64,000 nt of DNA, taken from assembly GCA_964187785.1 (NCBI GenBank), contig OZ076409.1, positions 100,008,001-100,072,000 on the forward strand, written 5' to 3'. The notes under the pieces were generated by a model that worked only from the letters and a program-made list of their open reading frames with translations, did not search any database and had not been told where the DNA came from. This DNA comes from Amphiscolops sp. MND2022. Lineage: Eukaryota. A program made the translations under genes and the position numbers. Positions 23,321 through 37,100 of this stretch are shown here, in pieces (within the stretch, counting starts at the first letter, position 1; each line of letters starts with the position of its first letter).

Positions 23321-23779
23321 ACAAGACGGGAACGTCTCAAGTCGGCGCCATATCTAGGGCTCAAATAAAATCGAAGGGGGACCCTTTGGAGACAAAAAAA
23401 TCGAAAAAAAGTCGCAAAGTGCCAAAAAAACTGAAAGGGGGGACCCTTTACATTCATCCGAGTTTGTAGGCTATGTTTAAAAAGTAAAAACCAACAAAGG
23501 GGGCCCTTTGGAAACAAAAAAAAGTTTCGGAAAAAGTAGAACAGTGCCGAAAAAAATCGAAAGGGGGAACCCTTTAGTCCTGTCCGGAATTGTAGGCTAC
23601 GTTTAAAAAGTAAAAAACCAAAGGGGACCCTATGGAATAACTTAGATGCGTTTCCCGGGTATTCGTTTAGTTTCCTTTAGTTGAACGTTAACGTTTGTCG
23701 CTTCGAGTCTGTCTTAAAAAAGAAGAAAAACGAGTGACTGTAAATGTCGGGCTCTTTTCTTGATAAAAGCGCCGACTAA
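23321..23779 (-). mobile_element. DINE-1/HINE-like element, copy 3
   Basis: Reverse-complement match to both ends of copy 2. Confidence 0.78.
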
Positions 23780-24708
23780 AAACAAAACTTTTTACTCACC
23801 AACTACAGACCTTGAAAACTTGCTACCGGAGGCATATTTTTTATTGTAGAACAACCGCCCTTAGCGGCGACAAGTTGTGCACAACGAATGATTGGATAAA
23901 AAGACCGCACACAAAGTAGTACGGAAACTTTGGCATCAAACTAGGATATATGGATTAATTAAAAAACAGAGAAAAAAGGAAATGAAGAATATTTTCTGCG
24001 TATTTCAAAAAACCGTTCTGATATTTTGTCCAGAACTTGCAATCAATGTGCACGATATTAGGAAAAATGCAATTTATACGGCACTTTTTTGCAAAAAAAA
24101 ACAAAGTTTTAAACTTGTTCAAAAAAAAGAAAAACACGGAAGACGAGTTGATTAAATTACAACAGAATGAAATGTTTTCGAAATAAAAACAGAACCTTCG
24201 ACAATGAAACTGTCTCGAAATAAATTCAGCAAACCAATTGCTTCAAACGATTTCATGGACTACATGGACTATGCAGATAAACATCAGGTAGAAAAACAAA
24301 AAAACCTGCTTTGTAAGCAAAAAAACTGCGTTTTCACGGATGTTGGTCGAAGCACAAAAAGTTTCAATGATTCGGCTCCAAAATCTTTGTTGCATATCGA
24401 TCACAAAACGAGCAGATTTTCTAAACGTGAGATAGATACTAGGAAAGAGACAGTAAGACGAACCCCAAAGTCAATCATAACAGCTAAAATGTTTCAAAAA
24501 TGTCGATCTTTGAAATATTCTTTGCCAAATGTAAAAGTTGTTTTTGCCAAAAAAAGCTATGTGATCTAACTCACTCGGCAAAATTTCGTCACAAAATGGA
24601 GAATGTAAAGACCTGTCAAGATGCCACATTTATGAAGCCAGCAAAACATGGCTGTTGGGAATATCAAGCGGACAAGAAGAAACAATAATTTGAAGGAAAA
24701 CGAATATA

Positions 24709-25419
24709 TGTAACGGCAACTGCCCATGTCAAAATTTTCGAAGCAAAAATTCGTTCAAATCTGACGTGGCACTCAAACATGCTCCAGACGAAAGACCTGT
24801 CAGAAAAGCATATCAGAAAAGCAGAAATCGCCCCCCGCGAAAGGAGACGACAAAAAAGACGTAGAAATCAGTCTCTAGAACACGGTGATGTGCCCATCTT
24901 CGGAATTAACACTACATAGGTAGCAGAAACCGGTGTTCCGGATGCTCGCCTGAAGATCCTGCGGTGTCCTGTGCGGTGACGAGCGCTAGCGCTGGGAAGC
25001 CATGGTCGATTCCTGTCAAATAACTCAAACTTCTGATATTATTATGCTTGTTGTGCTTTCTTTATTGTAGTAGATTGATATGCTCGAGAGCTGCCCATTT
25101 AACATCTATAGTTACCCATTTTGATGTCGATTTTATCAGATTCTCCAATACTATGGCTCAACATTCTCCTGTTTTCAGCCCCCTTTTTAAAGGCTAATTG
25201 AGCAGTGGTCTTGAGACATGCAAGATGCCCGTTACTTTTAGCAGTTACAGACTAGGACCAGGCCAGAGAGTTTCCAACAAGACGGTTCCCCCACCTTGGG
25301 ACTGGCTCCTTCGGAGGGAAAATGAGCTAGGGCCGCGGAGATCTAAGTCCCAGATTATATTCGCTGTTCTAGTTCCTCCACTCTACGTTGCGGTTCAAGC
25401 GCCAGCGCTTATCGTTACA
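24709..25419 (+). repeat. 5' LTR of element B
   Basis: Direct repeat of 42846-43556. Confidence 0.95.
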
Positions 25420-25434
25420 TAGAAACTCATTTTT

Positions 25435-25451
25435 TGGCGACCACAGAGGGA
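25435..25451 (+). promoter_or_regulatory. Putative PBS TGGCGACCACAGAGGGA (tRNA-Arg-like)
   Basis: Resembles the complement of a tRNA-Arg 3' end; identical in the related element at ~61231-61247; lies 15 nt from the LTR end. Confidence 0.7.
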
Positions 25452-26631
25452 TCGTCTTGGGAAGCTTTCCCGAGCGGTTTTTAAAAGATCTGGCCCCCTG
25501 GTGATCAGCGCCAAGCCCGTTTCGACTCTGGAAAAGAAGAGAGAAGCAGAGTTTTACCTTTTTTAGTCGTGCGACATTCTACTGGAACTGGGAGAGGCGT
25601 TGAACCAGAGAAAACCCGAAAAAATCACATTTTCAGGTGCGAAAATGGCATTTTTAGGTGTTTTGGAAGGAAATCGGTATTTTTGTGTGATGTGTTGTGT
25701 GCCCATCAGCGGGTATCTTTTTGCAGGTGCAGAAGACCGTAGCACGTGGCTACGGGTGTTTAACAGGTTTTGCAAGCTATTTTCAGCCATTTTATGCCAT
25801 GCAAGAAGGTAACTGGTAGATGGCTGACCATGAACCAGCGAGGCGAAGGGGAAGTCAAATTGTGTGTTGCCTACTTTCTACTCCCATTTCTCGTGGAGAC
25901 GTCCTAGAGGTATGATTTTTGGTGGACAGCAAGTGCAAATGCAGACGATGCTAATGGTCCAAACCGCGTGTCTCTGTCTGGTCTGGATGTGGAGAAAAAG
26001 CGTGGTGAAGATGCACCCCCTGTGACCGGACGCGTCGCTCAAATGGCTCATGGTCGGTGAAAATTTTGAAAATGCACCTTTTTCGACGGGGAATCGTTGG
26101 TGCAGGTCAGTAATGTTTTGTTGTAGATGTAACAACACCCTACGAGGTGCTTTTCTGCAAAAAAGATAGCACTTGCGTGAGAAAACCCTAATTTTGCGTT
26201 TTTTTGGTGTTTTTCGTGGTTTTGAGCACTTGTGCTCAGCGGAACCAGGAAAACTTTGTGAAAAGTGTTGCAAAAAGCAGCTGCAAGGCTCGAGAAAGCT
26301 GGTGCGAGGCACAGAAGGCAGTAATTTTGCCTTTGGTTGTGATAAAAGTGCCGATTTAGCACCAGAAAATTGCAAAAAAATGGAATTTTGACCAAAAAGG
26401 CACCCGAAAACACAGGCGTACACTTGTGTAGAAGTGTGAAAAAGCAGTGTACGGTGTTTTTTCAAGCGTAGCAAACCCACAGGACACTAACTGCAACTTT
26501 TGCAGCGGATTCAGGCAGCCTGGGGCTGACACGGTGCAAAAAACCTGTAATTTGAGGCGTTTTCAGGCATAGAAAGTGCATTGTCTGAAAGTCTTGAGAG
26601 CGAAGCTTAGTGGAACAGAGCGAGTCTGAAC

Positions 26632-26906
26632 GCTCTTATTTTCTGTTTTTGCAATAAAAGTAGCGCATTGTGGTGAAAACCGCGTGCAAAAATTCTCTTT
26701 TAGCGTCGAGAAAAGTTGAAAAACCTTGAATTTTAGTTAGTTTCAGGAGTGTCCGAGCACACAATAAAAACCCCCTGGGCACTCTGTCTTTTTGTTAGCC
26801 AGGAGCTTTCGTGCTCTCATTTTCTGTTTTTATAGTAAAAATAACGCATTGTGGTGAAAACCGCGTGCAAAAATTCCTTTTCAGTGCTGAGAAAAGTGGA
26901 AAAACG
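26632..26906 (+). repeat. Imperfect ~95-bp direct repeat (spacing ~182 bp) in the leader of element B
   Basis: CGCATTGTGGTGAAAACCGCGTGCAAAAATT occurs at ~26664 and ~26845. Confidence 0.8.
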
Positions 26907-28154
26907 CACTGAATTTGATCAATTTTCCACAAAATCGGACTGTCTCTGAGTTAGGGTCGGGTCATCGATTCCTGAACCCTAGCCAAAGAGTGGTTGCATT
27001 TTCGTAACCACCACAAAAATTAACGTTAGTGCCGAAAATTTGGTGGGCGTGTCGTTCACCAAAGTCGAGAAAAGCTTTCTGACGTTTCGACCTCAGAGAA
27101 GTGTAAAAGGACCGAAAAAATCCAAAACTGCTGGACTGTCAGTGCCTTATACCTAACGGGCACAACCAATTGAGGGTTTATCCCAGTGCTACGGATAGTG
27201 GGGCAACACGTTGGTCCCATTTTGCCCGCCGTATCACTTTCTGAGGTGATCCTCTTGGTCAATTTGTGAAAAAAGTAGTCAAAAACAGTATTTTTTCGTG
27301 TGTAACGTCCAGACCGGGTCGAAACCTCAAATAAGCGCTTGCGCTTCAATTCGACCAAATCAGGGGCATTGTAGGTGCCCACTGGCATAAACTACCAAGT
27401 TTGGTGCCGATCTGTGTGATACTTGTTGAGAAAATAGGAAAAACGTGGCACCCAAAAAGGTGTGCAAAAAGGCAGTTTTTTCTTAATTTTTCCGAGTAAC
27501 CCGGGCACCTTAGCTGGCGGGTGGGGTTATACTGCAGCCCACCATTGTAACTTGTGCTAGTTCCTGCGTTGCTGCAGAAAATTTGAGCTTACTAGCTTTT
27601 TCCAGTGTACCGCAATCTTGAAAAAGACGTGAAAAACAGCGTATTTGGGTACATAGTGGTACCGCACGTCTGTACCTAGGTGAAATTGTGTAGAAGGGGC
27701 GCAGCTCAAAACTGTGTTCACTGTCGCAAACCTACGTGTACCTAAGATCCGCTGGTCAATTTAGAGCTTGATACGGCGTTTCCAGTGCACACACGAGCCT
27801 CTTGAGTGTTGCTGCGCGATTTTCGGAAAACCCAAAAATTCTTTGAAATTCTTCCTGTAAACGACTGGAGACTTTTGGCCCCAAACCAGGTTGATTTTCT
27901 GGCCCAGTGTGCTGGTGGAAAAGCGCTGTGCGAATTTGAGCAGCCTACGAGCCTTAAAACGCATTTCGAGAAATTTGGGACATTGTGAAGCAGTAATTTT
28001 CTTAAGTCCACACCGAGACGAGCCTAGAGCTAACAGCGACTCGACAAATCCCGCGTCCTTCGAGATCTCATTAAAGGCGGCGCCCGAGTTGTTGACACTT
28101 GCTCTGCTATTGGTATCGTACGTAATGGTCCTACCAGGCCTGGAAAGGCTTGAC

Positions 28155-31100
28155 ATGAGTTCGCAGTCATGGGTGACTATGGGATCCACAATGGACAGTT
28201 CGCATTTTTCAGACGAAATGTCTGACGAAGTCACTATCGAGCAACAACGCAAAGAGGAGTTGGCCGCCATGGTCCCTCCCTCTGAGGGTTCCGTTGCATC
28301 TGGAAGCTCTCGTCGAACCGAGCAATGGGTCGATGAAACCTGCCGTGAAAGAACCAATGAAGCAGAAGAGGAGTGGCCCAACTCAAACATGACCAACGAA
28401 CCTGCAGCTGAGGAAGGGTGCTCTCGCGCACCCCTGGGAGAGAAGACGAGCTCCCGCCTACAGATCATGGTGGACGAAGATCTTACCTACACGGGGAACA
28501 CGAGTTATGCGAGACCGCAGGGGTCTGGAGTCACTCGAGGTAGCACTCGAGTTTGTGCCTATGGCAAACACAAGAGAGTGCGACCACCCATGATGAATGT
28601 AGGTGAACGTCAGTTTGAGGCGCCTCGTACGAGGAGCGTGGCAGGTTCAGTGGCGTCATCCCAACGATCTTCGGTGTATAAAGCCGCAATATTGGACGCC
28701 CAAGCTGAGACCCAACGTGCCTTAGCTGAACTGGCCAGCACTCGTGCTGGGTGCAATGATCAACATCGTGCCATCGCAGAAAATATGAGAACGTTGCAGA
28801 CAACGATGCGAGAAGGATTGCAGGTCAGTGATCAACTGCGAACCGCGCAGAATACGCAGAGCGCTCGCGTGGATGCACTAGGCCACAGAATGGGTGAGAT
28901 GAATGACCTTTTAATGGCCCGTGAACTTCGTGTGGAAACCCAGATCAATGATTTGAGTAACCAAATGCACACTGTGCTCAACGCTATCAACATCATGAGG
29001 CGCGAGAGGTCCCTCCCACGACAATCTGGTGCCGGTGAAGGTGTACCAGTCGCGGATTCAACTAAGATTCCGGAATCGTCGCACCTGGGTCGGGCAACGA
29101 AACCCGAGCTGGCGAGTGCATTGAAGCCTAGCACTTCCAAGTCGACGGCGCCTGAAACCCGAATCAGGGACCCCGTACTCATCATGGCTGATGTGGAGCG
29201 TAAACCTGCACGGGTGCAGGTGAGAGGGCCCCACGACTCCTCTTCGATGAGTCAAATAACCTCCTCCGTAGTTCGAAGTACCACCCGAGACCAAGGTGTG
29301 GACCCAATGTCACCTATCTATCTAGATTCTTCTACTGAAGTTGATTTGTCCTGTACCAAGGCCACACTAGGGTCCCAGACTGATAGAGCTGCGTATGCGA
29401 CGGCCCCTACCATGGCTTCTGGAACGGACTCCCTGTATCTGACCGCCGACTGGACAGCCGAGGACGGAATGCCCTCGGGCGCTCCTTGTGCGAGTAGCAC
29501 TCGCAAGAAAGAAGACATAGCGGACCTCTCAGTACGAGCCACACATGGCAGTGACGACGGTACCGACGAAGTGGCACCCAAGGAAGGAGAGGCTGAGGTC
29601 ATCTCTCCCGAGCAGCTGAGATTCACTGCCGCCATTTCCAAAGCGATGTCCAAAGAACTAGCACCATTGCTTGCGGGACGTGACCTGGCTCAAACCAAAC
29701 CCAGTGTGTATCGCGGCTCTAAGGACGGGTCTATTGATGGCTGGATCTTGGTGATGCAGCGATATTTGAAAAGAGTCCAAACCAAAGTGTTGGCCGAAGA
29801 TCGGGCCTGGAGCATTATTGGTCATCTCGAGGGTGAGGCTCGCAACTACATCATCAACAAGGCTGAGTCTGAACGTGACACCCCCGAGAAGGTATTCGAA
29901 TTGCTATCTAGCCGATTTGGCGCGGGAGGAAATCGTATGCAGGTGCGGCAGACTTTCCAAAGCCGCGTCCAACAAGAAAAAGAGGACTGGATGCAGTACT
30001 TAGACGCTCTAGAGGGTCTCAGGAGCCAAGGATTCCCGCAAGAAAGTATCATTACCAAGCGCTATGAAATCTTGCAGCGCTTCATGGAAGGTGTGCGAGA
30101 TCCAGTATTGAGGCGTGAACTTGCCATAGTATACGCCTCGGAGACTTTTCTTACCGAACCCCCTACCGTAGAGTCCTTGCGATTCACCACGCGTCAGCTG
30201 CAACGAAATCGTCCCAGACCCACCCAACCTCAACAACCCTATGATCCCAGACTAGCTATGAGGTCTAGACCTCATCCCTTTGTACCACTGCCGCCGAATA
30301 AGATGGTCATGCCGCAGGGCGTCTTGCCACCTTCGGCGCCCCCCCCCCCCAAATGCCCCAGCTCCCGCTGTCCTAGCTCCCGCCCGAGCGCCGGCAGGTG
30401 CTTGTTTTCACTGTGGGCAAAACGGACATTTTGCTCGCGAATGCCCCAACCGCGACCAAGCCCGAAAACCAGTGACTGCCTCCGAACCAGAGGGCGTAAA
30501 GGTCACCACGGAAGACGCGACTGATGGCATTCTTGAAGGTCATCCGGGGATCTATCAGTGCACGAGCTGTGGACTTTTTGATCAGGCGGAAGTGCAATGT
30601 GGTGAGCACTCCCACGCGCCGAAGCCCAGTGACGAGTTAGCCTACAACCGATGGGCTGAGGTAGAATCAGCTGGCATCGCCGCGCACACCGTACCTTTGG
30701 AAGATGACCGTGTGTTGATGCTGCATCCGGCGGAACCGCCTGCGTTCCACACTCCGATGACATTCACTTGTGGTGCTAAGCAAGTTCAGACCTGCTTGGA
30801 GCCTACGACGTTTGACCCGCAAGGACGGACGCTGATTTCGATTCACCTGTTGCTGGCAGCTGAGCAAACACGTAGACCGACGCTAACCCTAGCGAAGCTG
30901 TGGGTCGAACCGTCTGTCCTCTACAAACGAAACGAGTTGCCTCGACCGAAAGAATGGTACGCTCCGGGAGAGTCTACGACTCTGACGACATACTCCCCAG
31001 TGCCAGTCTCTGCTTCAATGGATGGAGTGGATTTGAAGTTTGAAGCCTGTGTGGTGGTGGATGTGTTTCCCCCTGGCATTTGTCTGGGTCCCCAGGAGCT

Positions 31101-34100
31101 CAAATGCTATAACATCAATCATCAGGAACCTACTGGTGAAGCGCGTATAGATGAGCGTGCGTCGCTCGTGGTCTCCTTCGTGGTGCCTCATGCAGCACCT
31201 ATCCCGCTGCGAGGATTGGTGGACACTGGCTCGGGCGTCTCCATACTGACGTTTTCCGCCTTTAACAGAGTGGCAGCTCGAACTGGAACGGTCCTTAAAC
31301 CCTACCAAGTTGACCTGTACGCAGCCAACGGGAAGACGATAAAGACCTACGGCCTCGCAGAACATATCCAATTCCAGCTGGGAGGATATGAGCTTGAAAC
31401 GAACTTTGGGGTGGTAGATGACGCAATGGGTGTGGAAGACTTCCTACTTGGTCGGAACTTTCTCCGCTCCTACCAGGTGTTAGTGGATCTAACATCTATG
31501 AAGATTGTGGTGCGAGCACCAGTGAAGCCTGTGTGGCATCATGCTCACGCACAGGTAGGTGACACTTCGATAGCTACCCCAGTCGTTTTGGATAGTGACT
31601 TGGTTCTGCAACCTTTCGAGCGTGCGGTGGCTAGAGCTAAGCTCGTCACCAATGCACTAGAGCCGCTGATTTTTCAAAGCGTAGCGCTCAATGCCTCTTT
31701 GTCTGACACTACGTTGCATAATGTCGTCTTTTTAGAGGACAGCGTGGCCACTGTCAGTGAGACAGGGACACTCTTTGTGAGCCTGATAAATCTCACCAGC
31801 AACCCTCAACGCATGCGGTGTGGTGTACAACTGGGCACCGTAGTACCCGTAACGGTGGTATACCAAGCAGTACCTCAGTGTCTGGACCCTCCCACGACAA
31901 CCCGCACAAAGACTAACGCCGACGACAGTCGTGCAAATTTTGTTCATAAAATTTATAGTGAAGTGAATCTGTCCACTGCTTCTGAGTTAACCTCTTCTTC
32001 TGAATTTGAGTTTTTGTCCTCAACTGACCCTAGCGAGGCAGGACTATCGGAGCGCGAAATTCGCAGGCGTACAGACCCAGAGCTAATGGCTCCGATTCCT
32101 GGGCCAGAATCTCAGTTGCAGGCGGTTAAGGATTTATGGGGCGCTAGCGCCTGCGAGTCTCTCAGTAATCTCCTCGATGAATTCGATGAGCTATTCATGA
32201 AGCACAAGGCTGACATCGGTCGGTGCACTATCGCAAAGCATAACGTAGAGGTGGAACCAGGGGCTGTACCACATCGCGAAGGTGCTCGCCGGATGTCCCC
32301 TGAGAAGGCCGAACGTGCCAATCAGGAGGTGCGGAACCTCTTAGCTCTGGGAATGATACAGCCCTCGCTGTCCCCTTGGGCGAGCGGCATTGTAATGGTG
32401 AAAAAGAAAAACGGGGAGTTGCGCTTTTGCTGCGACTTCCGCCCGTTAAACGAGGTAACCATTAAGGATGCCTACCCCTTGACCCGTATTGATGAAAGCC
32501 TGGCACGGCTGGGCAAGGCGAAGATTTAAACCAGCATAGACCTTGCCTGGGCCTTTTGGCAAATTCCTGTGCGAAAGGCGGATCGCCACAAAACCGCTTT
32601 TGCTTGTGAACTAGGGCTTTTTGAGTGGCGGCGAATGCCATTTGGCATGTGCAATGCATCTGCCACATTCCAGCGATCAATAGCGCGTGCGCTACGGAAT
32701 ATTGTCAACCGTGAGGGCAGCATGGTCATTGCCTACATTGATGATATCGTGATTGCCACAGAGACTGTGGAGGACCATATGGCACGCCTACGTGAAGTCT
32801 TTGAGTGCCTCCGTGAAGCCGGTTTCAAAATGCGCGTGGCCAAATGCGATTTCATGAAATCGGAGATCAAGTACTTGGGACGAGTAGTTTCCGCAGACGG
32901 AGTGAAGCCCGAACCGAAAGCCGTCGTCAAGTTGCGCGATTGGGAAATTCCCCGTAACAAGACGGAGATGCAGAGCTTCCTCGGATTCGCCAATTACTAT
33001 CGCGAATTCATCCCTTGGCACGCTAAGCTGGTTGCACCCCTGCATGCCGTCACTGGACTGAATGCCACCTTCGCATGGGGCCCTGAACAACAAACCGCAT
33101 TCAATGAAATCAAGAAAGCCCTGATCGAGGCGAGTGCGCTCGCGCAGCCTGATTCCGAGGGAGAGTTTGTGTTGGACACTGACGCTAGCGCTGTCGCCAT
33201 TTCTGGTATCCTGCAACAGTGGCAAGGTCCTCCGGGTGAACGACGCCTGAGGCCAATAGTTTACGGCAGCAAGAAGCTCACTACCACACAAGCTAAGTAC
33301 GGAGCTCCCAAACTCGAAATGTTCGCCGCCTACTATTTTATAGTGAAAAACCACAGCTATTTATGTCCCCGGAAATTCACCCTGCGGGTGGACAACCAAG
33401 CCTTGTCCTGGTTGAAGACGTACTCCACGGATCAAGCGCTAATCGGCCGATGGATTATGACCCTGGAGAAGTATCACTTTCGCGTGGAACATCGCCCAAG
33501 AACTCAACATCGAAACGCCGATGGCTTGAGCAAACGAACTAACGAGTACCGGTGCCGAGAGAAACAGCTTGCACAGCAGCCAGCCGCGGGCGAACGCTGG
33601 AATTTCCTTTCAGCTGACGAATTTGATAAACTACCTGTTGCCCCATGGTTCGACCTTCAGGGTCGAGTCATCCCGAATCATCCCGAACTACCTGCGCACC
33701 TGCAGAACTCGGAGCCTAGGGCTCCCAACCAATTGCTACGCGTGCTTCGCCGCACCAAACGAGCGAGCAGGAGGGACAGACAAGCGAAAGCATTCGCAGC
33801 ACCCTTGCCGCCTCCGCCTTCCCTTGCACCGCAACCGCACGAGGATGCTTATCCAGACTACCCTGAGGACTGGATTGATGTCACTGATAAAGCTCGCGAA
33901 GATTATCTATTGCCGACGCATGCCGTAACTGTACCTTCACGTACCGTCTATGCTGTTGCTGGGGCGAATCCTGTTGCGTTGCAAGGTACTCCCTCGGGTG
34001 TACGCGACTCAATTATGGCTCTTAAAGACATCGACACTGAACTTCACGAACATGCTCACACCGTGCATGGTATCAAAGACTTGATCCTAGCCCAAAACCG

Positions 34101-37100
34101 TGATGTTCATGTGCTAGCACTCAAAAAGTTAGTGCTAAACGAACCCATTAATCATGACGTGTTTCCCGAGAACGTGCGTGAGTTCGCACGCAACTACTAC
34201 CGTCAGAAGAAAACTCTCCTGTTTAATAACAAAAATGGTGTGCTTTGCGTACGATACTCTCCCAACCAACGTCCCCTGTACCAGCATGAGATTTTATTCC
34301 GTGCGCATGACGCCATGGGACATCAAGGCATCTCCAAAGTGGTGGCTCGGATTCAAGAACGTCACACATGGCCTGGTATTCAACGCAGCGTGGGCCGTTA
34401 CGTTGGCCAATGCCTCACCTGTCAACAGGTTCGAGATAAGCCTGGTGACGTCCGATTCCACCTAAAGAACATCCAGAGTGGGTACTTCAACGAATTAGTC
34501 CAATACGATCACCTGAAGATCTGCCCCTCAGACAGTAACAACACTGGCATCTTGGTCATAATTGACCATTTCTCCAAGTTCGCGGAAGCAGTTCCCTGTA
34601 GTCATCACGACTACGACGCTGTGACCACCTCTCGGTTGCTGCTGCAAAAGTGGTTCGCCCGTCATGGCACACCTACTCGAATGCAGTCTGACAATGCTCC
34701 AAATTTGACTGCTGAGGTATCCAATGAATTCCTAAGAGCAGCTTACGTTACCAAAGTGACTTCTACGGCTGGCCATCCAAGAACCCAAGGCTTGGTGGAG
34801 CGTCAAAACCGGACAATATTAACCCTACTGCGAATTTTTTGCTCCCGCCGTATGCGCAACTGGGACCAATGTCTTGATGAGGTCATGGGCGCTTACAACT
34901 CCACGAGGCACGCCACCACTGGCTTCTCACCCTACATGCTGACCCGGGGTGTAGAGAAGGCCATTCCTCTCACGTTTTTGTATCCCGAATTTGCAGCCAA
35001 TGCATTCGAGTCGCATGAGGCGTATGTCGATCATGTGTTGGCTCGCCAGCAAGAAATACATGACTTGGTACGGCGTAATACGCACCAAGCCCAATTGCGT
35101 CAAAAGTTGAAGTACGACCGTGCTATACAAGCGCGAGCTTACCAAGTGGGCGAGCTCGTCTGGGTTTTCTGCCGCTACGTGCCGCAAAAAGGTTCCCCGA
35201 AATTGATGCGTGCTTGGCGAGGCCCGCACAAGGTTGTACAAGTCTTTCAGGACGGTCGTGTCTATGTACTAGACACAGGTCAAAAGGTTCATTTTGAGCG
35301 TCTTAAACCGCACCACAGTGGCCCACTTGAACTTGCTACTGCACACGCGGACAGTGGTGAGGTGGTGGTACTTATGGACCCCGAACCTGAACGTTCCGTC
35401 GACGTAGTTGATGACGATAGATCTTTATCGTCGTATAAGCCTGAACAACTACTTTCAGAGGCGTCCGATGCATCTTTGCCCTCACGTCGACGTCACTGGA
35501 TGGACACTCGACTACGCACGAAACTTCGTGCAGGCGGCTCCCGCCCGCATTATCAGCAATTTGACTATTCCACCTCGGGTACAGATAACGAACTATCCGA
35601 TGCTATGTTGCCGATGCCTCCTAATCCAGTTGACGAGGGTCTAGTGGAGCCTGCGGCTCCTCCGGCTGCGTTGGATCAGTCGATATCCCCCGCCCGTGTA
35701 CTACCTCAACTGTTCTCTGACCATGAGCGCGTGCGCTCACCGTCTCCACAGATATCCTCCTCCGAAAAAGAAACATCGTTGCCTGGAACCTCGGCATCCT
35801 TGTTAACGAACCCCTCGCTAACCAATTTCCTTAGTAACTATCCCATATGGCCGACCGCCCCTCCGATTCCTCTCAAGTCTGCCAGCAGCGTCAGCAACGC
35901 TCAGCCCGATCTGCCTGAAGTTCCCGAGACTTCGCCAGGAGCGGGGACCGCTCCTTCTTTCAAAAGGGGGAGGGGGAGACCACCCAAGGCACAGAAGAAA
36001 CGGCTGATCCGAGCGAAAGCAAGGACGAGGAAGAAAGAAACACCGACAAATGTCGAAACCGAAACTGCAATCCAGGCCGAAACGGAAGCTCCTAGAACTG
36101 CAGAGACGCTAACAGAGGCATCTGCAACTGCTCTTAGGTATCAATTAAGGAGTAAACGGCAGCCGCGCTACAAATGTGGAACCTGCGGGCTGCGAGATTG
36201 TGTCTGCCTATTAGCTGTGAATGAGAACCGGAGGGTTCCCATTGGAGCCCGGGGAGTTCCTCCGGAAGAGGGAGAAAACTTGGTGTACCGCCTCACGGTG
36301 CGGGCCGAGAAAACCTACTCAGCTGTAGAGCGGTCCGGAGACCACCCTGTAGACACTATCCTGGAGAAGTTGTCACTACCTGGGGTAGCGAAGGCCCCTT
36401 GTCCTAGCTTTAAGGAGTGGACTAGCGATGGAAAGGGCCTGGAGTTTACCCTGCCTACGGTGTTGCCCCCTGTGCCCAGCAATATTGCGTTTGGACCATT
36501 CAATTTTGAAAGGGAACCTGTGCAAATGGCCCGATGCATCACTGCCGACTTGTTATGCGATAAGTATGGAGTCCAGGTGGAACCAGGAGGGGTATACAGC
36601 CCGGCTCCTCACTGGTGGCTGCTGGTAACAGCTCCACGAGTGGAGGCGATGGTGGAACCGTTGAATCTGTTATCCTGTCTAGTGAGTCTGAGGACCCTCA
36701 CCACTGTGGACTTAATACTTTGCTTTCACATCATAGACTGGTACCGAGGCAAGGTGAAGTTTGCATGGTGGCTGGAACTAATTATTACGTGTTTCGCCAC
36801 CTATCCCAGAATTCGACTGTTAGATGAGTGGACTCACACTTTCGAGATCCCCCTGTTCCCTAAAGCCGCTCTGGGAACTTTAGATACGTGGGTAAAGGCC
36901 GGCAGCGACAATCGAGCGATGCCCCGCTCAGTGTGGCGAGACCTGGCTGCAGTCCAAGGGCGTACGCCTCGCGTGTGTCTGCCCTCCGACAATGGTCCCG
37001 GACGAGAGAGTGTTTACCCGGGAGCCCTGTATCCGAATTCTGCCGAACAGGTCTCTTACGATGAATCTGATTTTTTGCAGGCCGAGGGCGACATAGTGTT

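Noticed and set aside
27891..28154. ORF-track start of element B gag at 27891
   Set aside because: Non-ATG start; the first plausible ATG in frame is 28155.
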